Origin: a virus
Taxonomy: Duplodnaviria > Caudoviricetes
Virus record (IMG/VR): IMGVR_UViG_3300042465_004193
Span: 1 to 25,040 of that record
DNA: 25,040 nucleotides
Direction: 5' to 3' (one strand)
Made by a program: the position numbers and the translations under genes. Positions 7,524 to 14,270 of this stretch are shown piece by piece (the stretch's first letter is position 1; every line of letters begins with the position of its first letter). A model generated the notes under the pieces. It was given only the letters and a program-made list of their open reading frames with translations, ran no database searches and had not been told where the DNA came from.

Positions 7524-7753
7524 GAGATTTAGATTTATTAATCAGACAAGCAATAGCAAAATCTGATAAAGACCAATATGGTCAGTGTGTTACAAGACAT
7601 ACAACAATTTATGGTTTATTCAGGAATGAAGGTGATGAGTTTCGAGCAGAAATAGAGGCACATTTAAAAAGCGGGAATAGTAAATATGTATTACAATGCT
7701 ACGGAGGAAGTCTCGGTGTGTTCTATGCAATTAATCCTTGTCCTAAAAAATAA
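7520..7753 (+). CDS. hypothetical protein
   Basis: 77-aa ORF in operon. Confidence 0.7.
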   Translation: MRDLDLLIRQAIAKSDKDQYGQCVTRHTTIYGLFRNEGDEFRAEIEAHLKSGNSKYVLQCYGGSLGVFYAINPCPKK

Positions 7754-7782
7754 TTAATTAAACAATTTAAACAAATAAAAAA

Positions 7783-8145
7783 ATGGGTAGATATTATAGA
7801 GGCGACATCGAGGGCAAGTTTTGGTTCGGGTTGCAAACAAGTGATTGCGCAAGTAGATTTGGTGGTCAGGCAAATGAACCACAATACATCGAGTATAAAT
7901 TTGATGAGGACGATTTAGATGGTATTAAAAAAGAGATTGCAAAAATTCAGGAGTCACTGGGAGAAAACCTCAAGAGAATTAGTGACTATTTTAAAAACAA
8001 TAACGGCTATACTATGGAGGAATTTCAGGCTATGGGTATAACTGATGAGATGCTATCTGACTACGCTGACTTAGAGTTGGGTATTCAAATTAGAGATTGC
8101 GTGATAGCAGAGGGTAGTTGTAATTTTGATGCAGATTTAAACTAA
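7783..8145 (+). CDS. hypothetical phage protein (MGRYYRGDIEGKFWFG...)
   Basis: 120-aa ORF flanked by 27-bp direct repeats. Confidence 0.8.
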   Translation: MGRYYRGDIEGKFWFGLQTSDCASRFGGQANEPQYIEYKFDEDDLDGIKKEIAKIQESLGENLKRISDYFKNNNGYTMEEFQAMGITDEMLSDYADLELGIQIRDCVIAEGSCNFDADLN

Positions 8146-8167
8146 AACAATTTAAACAAATAAAAAA

Positions 8168-8368
8168 ATGGAGCAAAAAGTAGACGTGTACCAAGAGCGA
8201 CAAGAGTTGTTGCAAGAGGTGATTGATAGATTGATTTACCTACCGAAGTATCGTAGGAGTTCTTTCAAAGATAAGTTAGATATACTTATCAGAATGTACC
8301 CGATTGAGTTCAGGGAAGTTAACGGAGTGAGAGTGTTTGAAATAGTAAAGGAGACGTGTGATGAATAA
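8168..8368 (+). CDS. hypothetical protein
   Basis: 66-aa ORF with a repeated leader. Confidence 0.7.
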   Translation: MEQKVDVYQERQELLQEVIDRLIYLPKYRRSSFKDKLDILIRMYPIEFREVNGVRVFEIVKETCDE

Positions 8369-8558
8369 GAAAATTGTATGGAGCGTGGTCGAGGTGCCGA
8401 CGAATTACGCCAAAATATTCTACAAGAAAACAAACTTAGTAGTGGCGCAGTTCGATACCAAACAACAAGCTAACGAGTTTACGGAGGTCAACAATATTGA
8501 CGCGTACCACGATGAGATGATTGAGTGCTTCGCTATCAAACCAAGCTATAAAGATTAA
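8361..8558 (+). CDS. hypothetical protein
   Basis: overlaps the previous stop; ATG at 8361. Confidence 0.65.
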   Translation: MNKKIVWSVVEVPTNYAKIFYKKTNLVVAQFDTKQQANEFTEVNNIDAYHDEMIECFAIKPSYKD

Positions 8559-8569
8559 ATTAAATTAAA

Positions 8570-8601
8570 TTTGGATATGTGCAATATATGTGCTATCTTA
8601 G
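8570..8601 (+). promoter_or_regulatory. Bacteroidota-type promoter
   Basis: TTTG (8570-8573), 20-bp spacer, TATCTTAG (8594-8601). Confidence 0.6.
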
Positions 8602-8662
8602 TGTTTTATTAACAAACCGAGTTCTCCGCCTTGTTAGGTGGTGCTCATAAACCAAACAAACT

Positions 8663-9757
8663 ATGTGCGTAATTATCGTAAAGCAAAACAAAAACAAGAT
8701 GCCAATTGATGTGGCTAAAACGTCATCAAAAATTAATCCTCACGGATTGGGAGTGATATGGTTGGATACCTACGAGGTATCGCACCATACCTCTAAAGAG
8801 TACAAGATTCTCGACACCGACAGACCATTCATTGCGCATTTCAGATACGCTACAATTGGTGCAGTAGGTTTAGATAACACACACCCATTTAAGTGTGGTA
8901 AAAACAAAGCAGAGTGGCTAATGATGAACGGGACGATTCGTGGGTTGGGTGACACCAAGAAGTGTGACTCAAAAGTTCTTGCCGAGCAGATTGGCTCCAA
9001 GCCACGTCACACGTGGAGGGAAGTATTGGAGCAGTACGATAGCAGATTCGTAACTATCAACACACGTAACCGCACGTTTCAGATGTACAACAAAGATATG
9101 TGGCACAAGAAAGACGGCATATGGTACAGCAAAGATAACGTGTTGCAGGATAATTTAGTGGCTGTGTACGGCACGCTCAAGAAAGGCGAGAGTAATTACT
9201 ATTCATACCTTACCGACTCAAAGTTAGTCGGTAAGGGTGAGACCAAAGACAAGTACCCACTAATAATCAAGGGATTGCCTTACCTGATAGATGACATTGG
9301 AGTGGGACATAATGTAGAGGTGGACGTGTTCAAAGTTACTGATGCTACGCTTGCCCGATTAGATGCGTTGGAGGGACACCCACATTGGTACCAAAGAAAG
9401 TTGGTGCCTATCAAGACCGCTAAAGGTAACGAGTTGATGTGTTGGGTATACTTTAATATAGAAGAGAAAGTTAACGGGCAGAAGATGCACAAGACATTCA
9501 AGCGGGAGCCCGCACCATTAAAAAAGATTGAGAATAATTATTGGAGTTCTAAATTCCATAAGCCATACGAGTTGCAGTGGGACGAGAGGCAGAGTATAAT
9601 GCAAGACGAGGAGCAACAAGAGTACAATATAGATGAAGAGACACCAATGTGTGTAGAATGTTATAACGATTTGAAGTTCGATGGGTTCGCAAACTATCAT
9701 TGCGGGGGTTGTGGTAGTTGGTTCACGGAGACTGAAATCGTCAGGTTTAGACCATAA
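8663..9757 (+). CDS. class II glutamine amidotransferase / gamma-glutamylcyclotransferase (AIG2-like) fusion with a C-terminal Zn ribbon
   Basis: N-terminal Met-Cys, NPHGLG, AHFRYATIG, HPF, MNG (Ntn GATase); VAVYGTLKKG and LDALEG (GGCT); CVEC...CGGC. Confidence 0.88.
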   Translation: MCVIIVKQNKNKMPIDVAKTSSKINPHGLGVIWLDTYEVSHHTSKEYKILDTDRPFIAHFRYATIGAVGLDNTHPFKCGKNKAEWLMMNGTIRGLGDTKKCDSKVLAEQIGSKPRHTWREVLEQYDSRFVTINTRNRTFQMYNKDMWHKKDGIWYSKDNVLQDNLVAVYGTLKKGESNYYSYLTDSKLVGKGETKDKYPLIIKGLPYLIDDIGVGHNVEVDVFKVTDATLARLDALEGHPHWYQRKLVPIKTAKGNELMCWVYFNIEEKVNGQKMHKTFKREPAPLKKIENNYWSSKFHKPYELQWDERQSIMQDEEQQEYNIDEETPMCVECYNDLKFDGFANYHCGGCGSWFTETEIVRFRP

Positions 9758-9766
9758 AAAGCGGGA

Positions 9767-9782
9767 GTGTCTTTAAGGACAC
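9767..9782. repeat. 16-bp palindrome copy 4 GTGTCTTTAAGGACAC
   Basis: one mismatch; embedded in the longer hairpin CGGGAG...CTCTCCCG. Confidence 0.85.
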
Positions 9783-9784
9783 TC

Positions 9785-9838
9785 TCCCGTATCGAGATGA
9801 GTTGTCTCGACTGATGATTCCTAAAGGATGAAACGGGA
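9785..9838 (+). ncRNA. type III hammerhead ribozyme (HH2)
   Basis: stem III UCCCGU/ACGGGA; GUA (9789-9791); stem I UCGAGA/UCUCGA; CUGAUGA (9811-9817); stem II U-UCC-UAAA-GGA-U; GAAA. Confidence 0.85.
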
Positions 9839-9862
9839 TTTAAAAAACTAAAACAAAAACAA

Positions 9863-10093
9863 ATGACAAAAGAATTTAAGTTTAATATCGACGTAAAGTA
9901 CGTACGATATGAAAGAGAAGAGTTTTCAGTAAGTTGCAATACTGAGGAAGTAGCTATTCAGTTAGCGAAAGAGTACGTATCAGGTATGAAAAAAGAGTTC
10001 TCTGATGGGGAGTACGTTGAAGACATAACGATTAGCGACTCTAATGGAGACTACATTGAAGACGTAATGGCGGAAGGAGATATGATAGTATGA
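9863..10093 (+). CDS. acidic hypothetical protein
   Basis: 76-aa ORF with an A-rich leader. Confidence 0.7.
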   Translation: MTKEFKFNIDVKYVRYEREEFSVSCNTEEVAIQLAKEYVSGMKKEFSDGEYVEDITISDSNGDYIEDVMAEGDMIV

Positions 10094-10416
10094 AAAAGCT
10101 AAAGCTATCGGAGCTAAAGGATTGGGTACAAGAAAATCAATTCCCAACAATCGACCTCGAAATTTTTGAGGTCAACAACAAATCTATATTGGTGTATTCT
10201 ATTCAGATGAAAATCAACGAGGTGGACATTGAGATGCTCATTCATTGGAGCGAAATCGAGCAGTATTTTATCGAGGATTTTGGTGCAGTAAATATGAACC
10301 TATTCGGTGAGCAGACGCTATGCCTACCCGACATTGACTTTCCCGTTGACATTTACTTTCAAGATGGGAAGTTTGAAATTATCGAGAGTTTAATAACTAA
10401 AACAATAACAAACTAA
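10090..10416 (+). CDS. acidic hypothetical protein
   Basis: 108 aa; ATGA overlap. Confidence 0.7.
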   Translation: MKKLKLSELKDWVQENQFPTIDLEIFEVNNKSILVYSIQMKINEVDIEMLIHWSEIEQYFIEDFGAVNMNLFGEQTLCLPDIDFPVDIYFQDGKFEIIESLITKTITN

Positions 10417-10904
10417 TGGCAAATTTTACAGCACAATACGTCGTATTCGAAGGAAGTAGAGTAGGCGAAGTAATGGAGGCGTTCAAGGACGCCTCTGAAA
10501 GAGAGCAGAAAGAGAACAAAGGGCAGTGGATAATTGATAGTGAGTTCACGAGTGCGTTGTTTAGTATCGAGGTGAGCGAGGAGAACGAGGGAGAAGTAAG
10601 ATTCCTAACGAAGTACAATCCAGACTTGTTCCAGATGGGGTTAATCGCTCAGCAGTATGACGTGAGGTTCAAGTGTTTCTATGAGGACGAGATGCAAAAC
10701 TATGTGGGCTATGCAGAGTTCAAGGGTGGGCAGTTGCACGATTTTTTTCTTGATGATTCGGAAATAAAATCACATATTACAAGCGTAGACAAGGCGCACA
10801 CCTACAACGGAAAAGATTATGAGTCCTATGCAGAAGCATTGGAGAAAGTTCTATACGATAAGGTGCGTAATGAGAGCGAGGGAGAAATATATTTTGACAT
10901 TTAA
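10416..10904 (+). CDS. hypothetical protein, possibly YubB/DUF1281-like ferredoxin-fold domain
   Basis: 162 aa; VRFLTKYNP and FYEDEMQNYVG resemble the F.T.W.P / Y.E.G..F.G pattern. Confidence 0.55.
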   Translation: MANFTAQYVVFEGSRVGEVMEAFKDASEREQKENKGQWIIDSEFTSALFSIEVSEENEGEVRFLTKYNPDLFQMGLIAQQYDVRFKCFYEDEMQNYVGYAEFKGGQLHDFFLDDSEIKSHITSVDKAHTYNGKDYESYAEALEKVLYDKVRNESEGEIYFDI

Positions 10905-10914
10905 ACCAAAACAT

Positions 10915-11307
10915 ATGAAAGTATCTATTAACATTGAGTTGACGAGGGAAGTCTTGGAAGACATCTTTGTAACCGCATTAGAGGGCGGAAGTAATTATTG
11001 GTATCTAATTCAGGAGCAAGCCATCAAAAAAATCAGGGAAGTTGTGCCCGATAGAACCATACCAATCAGTGAGGCTTTATTCTCAGCAGTGTACGACCAC
11101 GACGTTGACATTGAGATACACGACCTTGAGGAGTCTGAAAAAGTTATTGGAACCATCAGTATGACTACGATGAATGAAAGAATACAGCAGTGTGCTACCG
11201 ACGATAATAGTTGGGCAATCCTAAACGAAATAAACGAAAATGGAGATGCCACAAGTTCAGATGTAATATTCCAATACATTGTAATGGGCGAGGTAGTTTT
11301 TGGATAA
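10915..11307 (+). CDS. hypothetical phage protein (ALEGGSNYW motif)
   Basis: ATG at 10915 after an A-rich leader, inside ORF 10819..11307. Confidence 0.75.
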   Translation: MKVSINIELTREVLEDIFVTALEGGSNYWYLIQEQAIKKIREVVPDRTIPISEALFSAVYDHDVDIEIHDLEESEKVIGTISMTTMNERIQQCATDDNSWAILNEINENGDATSSDVIFQYIVMGEVVFG

Positions 11308-11340
11308 TAAAATATTGTTTAACAATTTAATAAAAATAAA

Positions 11341-11712
11341 ATGAGCTTAATAGCAGAAGAAATCCTAAAGGAAAAATTAAAAGACAAACCCGATAAATTG
11401 TACATCCAAACATTGCAGAAGATGCAAGATGGAGAGATGAGTTTAGAGTTGTTTATTAACACGGGCAGAATAACACCAAGAGAGTTGTTTATACGCTACA
11501 ATCCAAAGGCAAGACTCAGACCTGATTGTATGGACGTGGTAAGATACGTTGGTGGATTCTACATTCAAATCTTAAAGACGGGAGAGTTCTTGCTTGAGAT
11601 TAACGACGCAGACCAATCAGACGAGATGAACAGCATCATCAAAGATAAGTCGCTCGATTTAGTAGAAGAAGAGTTGTGGCACAGAGTCGCAAGAAAATTT
11701 ATTTCAAAATAA
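11341..11712 (+). CDS. hypothetical protein
   Basis: 123-aa ORF. Confidence 0.75.
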   Translation: MSLIAEEILKEKLKDKPDKLYIQTLQKMQDGEMSLELFINTGRITPRELFIRYNPKARLRPDCMDVVRYVGGFYIQILKTGEFLLEINDADQSDEMNSIIKDKSLDLVEEELWHRVARKFISK

Positions 11713-11745
11713 TTGCACGAGTAATGCATATAATATGTATATTTG
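11713..11745 (+). promoter_or_regulatory. Bacteroidota-type promoter for the recombination/replication module
   Basis: TATATTTG at 11738-11745 with an upstream TTG at 11713. Confidence 0.65.
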
Positions 11746-11772
11746 TGACCAATCAAATTTAATTACAATAAA

Positions 11773-12075
11773 ATGAAAAAAGATATATTTAATGAGTGTG
11801 TGGAGAAGGTAGTTCAGACATTTCGTATAGAGAGAAAACACCTATTTAAAAAATCAAAAGTTCAGGAGTATGTAGATGCAAGACATTTGTTATACTATCT
11901 ATGTTCAGTAAGACCAATGCCTTTGGCAACAATCAATAACTATATGAACCAAAATGGCTATGAGACAAGTTGGTCAACAATATATAGGGGCGTATCTTCA
12001 TTTGAAAACAAGATGAAACAAGATGCAGACTACAAAAGATTAGTAAGAGACATTCAAAATTCAATCACAATTTAA
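11773..12075 (+). CDS. DnaA domain IV-like HTH protein
   Basis: KSKVQEYVDARHLLYYLC...LATI...STIYRG parallels the DnaA C-terminal R...AR.IAMYL...DH.TV pattern. Confidence 0.7.
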   Translation: MKKDIFNECVEKVVQTFRIERKHLFKKSKVQEYVDARHLLYYLCSVRPMPLATINNYMNQNGYETSWSTIYRGVSSFENKMKQDADYKRLVRDIQNSITI

Positions 12076-12086
12076 TCCAAAACAAA

Positions 12087-12704
12087 ATGGCAACAAACAC
12101 AACAGCAGTTTTGAGCACCAACGAAGTGTTCAAAAAATTATCAGCAATCAGTATCAAGGACAAGATTGAGCGCAAGGGCAACCTTGACTACTTATCTTGG
12201 GCTAACGCTTGGTCTTTATTAAAGACCCACTATCCAAACGCTCAGCGTAAGATTTACGAGCACGAGCACACGGGCTTAAATTATTTCACTGATGGAACCA
12301 CAGCCTACGTTAAGGTTGGTATCATAGTAGATAACATCGAGCACATCGACTACTTACCCGTGATGAATTTTCGTAACGAGGCAATTCCAATTGGGAAGTT
12401 AACGTCGATGGACGTAAACAAAACAATTCAGCGCTCGACGGCTAAGGCTATCGCTATGCACGGATTGGGTTTAAGTTTATGGACAGGCGAGGACGTGCCT
12501 GAATTAACGACGGCTCCAGTGGCTCCGCCAGTAACAAGTGAGTTGGAAGAGTTGAAGAAAGATTCAGCAAGTTGGGCTAAAGTTTGTTCGTATATCGAAG
12601 CAAATAAATCACTTGGTATTGAGGCAATTGGAAAACAATTGAGTAGAAAATACAAAATGAGTCCCGCAGTTAAGAAAGAGATTGCTAATTTAGTAAATTC
12701 TTAA
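12087..12704 (+). CDS. single-strand annealing protein (Sak3/DUF1071-like)
   Basis: LDYLSWANAW, LPVMNFRN, VNKTIQR..AKAIAMHGLGLSLWTGED. Confidence 0.85.
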   Translation: MATNTTAVLSTNEVFKKLSAISIKDKIERKGNLDYLSWANAWSLLKTHYPNAQRKIYEHEHTGLNYFTDGTTAYVKVGIIVDNIEHIDYLPVMNFRNEAIPIGKLTSMDVNKTIQRSTAKAIAMHGLGLSLWTGEDVPELTTAPVAPPVTSELEELKKDSASWAKVCSYIEANKSLGIEAIGKQLSRKYKMSPAVKKEIANLVNS

Positions 12705-13435
12705 TGATGGACATCATCGAACAATTGCGAGATGACAATAACTACTACGGAGTATTAGGCAAGCAGTACCTATCCAATTCGGATATAGGTACTCTGCTTA
12801 ATAATCCTCAGAGTTATGGTAAGTCGAGACCTGATAGTAAAAATTTATTGGAGGGTAGGTATTTTCATCAGTTGCTAATAGAGCCTGAGAAAGCGCAAGT
12901 GATTCCCTTTGTAGACGTGACGACAAGGACGACGAAAGAGTACAAGAATTACTGCGAGGAGAATAACTTAGAAATGTGTATGCTTAAAAAAGAGAAGGAG
13001 GACATCGAGAGATTAGTGAGCGTGATGAAGCGTAACATTACATTCTATGATGAGATTTATAGAGATGGTAACTTGTTTGAGACTCCCGCAATCACGGAGA
13101 TTGCAGGGTTGAAGTGGAAGGGTAAGGCGGATATTTTAACTAACGATTCTATTATTGACCTAAAGACTACGGCAGATATTCAGAAGTTTAAATATTCTGC
13201 GAGGTCTTATAATTACGATTCGCAGTGCTACATATACCAAACATTATTTGGAAAGCCATTGGTGTTCTATGTGGTCGATAAGGCAACGGCTCAGCTTGGT
13301 ATCTTTAGACCGACTGAGGAGTTCGTACGAGGCGGAGAGGCTAAAGTAATTAGGGCTGTAGAGGTATACCAAAAGTATTATGGTGCAAACCCTACGGACG
13401 ACATTGCAAATCATTACATCGAGGACACGCTATAG
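12704..13435 (+). CDS. PD-(D/E)XK exonuclease (RecE / exonuclease VIII-like, DUF3799)
   Basis: LSNSDI, G..FH..L.EP, KGKADIL, IIDLKTT, Y..Q..IY. Confidence 0.85.
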   Translation: MMDIIEQLRDDNNYYGVLGKQYLSNSDIGTLLNNPQSYGKSRPDSKNLLEGRYFHQLLIEPEKAQVIPFVDVTTRTTKEYKNYCEENNLEMCMLKKEKEDIERLVSVMKRNITFYDEIYRDGNLFETPAITEIAGLKWKGKADILTNDSIIDLKTTADIQKFKYSARSYNYDSQCYIYQTLFGKPLVFYVVDKATAQLGIFRPTEEFVRGGEAKVIRAVEVYQKYYGANPTDDIANHYIEDTL

Positions 13436-13437
13436 GC

Positions 13438-13453
13438 GTGTCTTCAAAGACAC
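13438..13453. repeat. 16-bp palindrome copy 5 GTGTCTTCAAAGACAC
   Basis: reverse complement of copies 1 and 6; 2 bp after a stop codon. Confidence 0.9.
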
Positions 13454-13463
13454 TTAGACCAAT

Positions 13464-13688
13464 ATGAAAAAGAAAGATACAGCAAGATTTATTATTGAAA
13501 AAATTGGTGGATTCCCTTTTAGCTTAGTTAGAAATAATAGGAGTAGACCATTAAAAGTTGCAGTATTGTTATTTAACTTTTTTTGGTTTGTAATAGTAAT
13601 GACTATATTTATACCCTACTTTTTTTATGCTATGACAATGGAAATAGTAAATGGAATTATAGATGATAATGATAGTCATAAAAAATAA
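13464..13688 (+). CDS. small membrane protein
   Basis: 74 aa with a long hydrophobic stretch. Confidence 0.65.
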   Translation: MKKKDTARFIIEKIGGFPFSLVRNNRSRPLKVAVLLFNFFWFVIVMTIFIPYFFYAMTMEIVNGIIDDNDSHKK

Positions 13689-13696
13689 TGCCCAAT

Positions 13697-13744
13697 CATC
13701 AGCTTAACCTTAGAGGTTGGTGGTCGGTTAAAACAGACTAAGGT
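13697..13744 (+). ncRNA. putative cis-regulatory pseudoknot in the SSB leader
   Basis: CAUCAGCUU/AGGUUGGUG stem; loop ACCUUAG complementary to CUAAGGU (13738-13744). Confidence 0.5.
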
Positions 13745-13763
13745 AAATTTTAAAAAAAGTAAA

Positions 13764-14051
13764 ATGTCACAAGACGAAAAAATTTTTGCAGACGGATTCT
13801 CTTTCAAACGTCAAGAGAATGCACCCGATTTTGTTATCGGAAGAGTATCAATCAAGGTAGACGATGCAATTGCATTTATGCAGAAGCATCAAAAGGGTGG
13901 ATGGGTTAACCTGAACGCCAAGTACGCAAGAAGCGGTAACGCTTACTTGGAGTTGGACACATTCGAGCCTAAAGGCAAAGGTGAAGTACCATCGGTAAAG
14001 TCAGCACCCGCTCCTGCTCCTGAAGAGGACGGGGAGGTGTTGCCATTCTAA
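13764..14051 (+). CDS. putative single-stranded DNA-binding protein
   Basis: 95 aa; beta-rich body, P/A linker and acidic tail ending EEDGEVLPF; follows annealase and exonuclease. Confidence 0.7.
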   Translation: MSQDEKIFADGFSFKRQENAPDFVIGRVSIKVDDAIAFMQKHQKGGWVNLNAKYARSGNAYLELDTFEPKGKGEVPSVKSAPAPAPEEDGEVLPF

Positions 14052-14066
14052 AACCAATTAAAGGCG

Positions 14067-14095
14067 AGGGGAGGGGCATTCTCTCCCCTTTTTTT
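14067..14095 (+). terminator. Rho-independent terminator
   Basis: AGGGGAGGGG-CATT-CTCTCCCCT followed by a T run. Confidence 0.85.
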
Positions 14096-14129
14096 GGCTC
14101 TAATCGGTGACGAAAATGCTAAATTATTC

Positions 14130-14270
14130 TCCTCTATACTCTATATATATATATTCTATTATTATTATTATTTATTAATTATAAAGGAAAGTTAAAATTG
14201 ACATTATCGACATTAGTATTAGTAATCAGCAAGTTATCTAATCAAAATCTATCATAAAATCGACATACAA
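14130..14270. promoter_or_regulatory. origin-like element, copy B, directly upstream of the primase-helicase
   Basis: (TA)n at 14142-14154; AT-rich tract; TTAAAATTGACATTATCGACATT at 14192; IHF-like AATCAGCAAGTTA at 14224-14236. Confidence 0.6.

Noticed and set aside
4017-8315. CCTGA/TCAGG enrichment as a dedicated signal
   Set aside because: Can be explained by avoidance of CCAG/CCGG at Pro-Glu/Asp and Ser-Gly junctions; kept only under site avoidance
8619-8646. Hairpin GAGTTCTCCGCC-TTGTTA-GGTGGTGCTC as a riboswitch or terminator
   Set aside because: Short, imperfect, no U tract and no recognisable aptamer; probably a simple 5' leader hairpin
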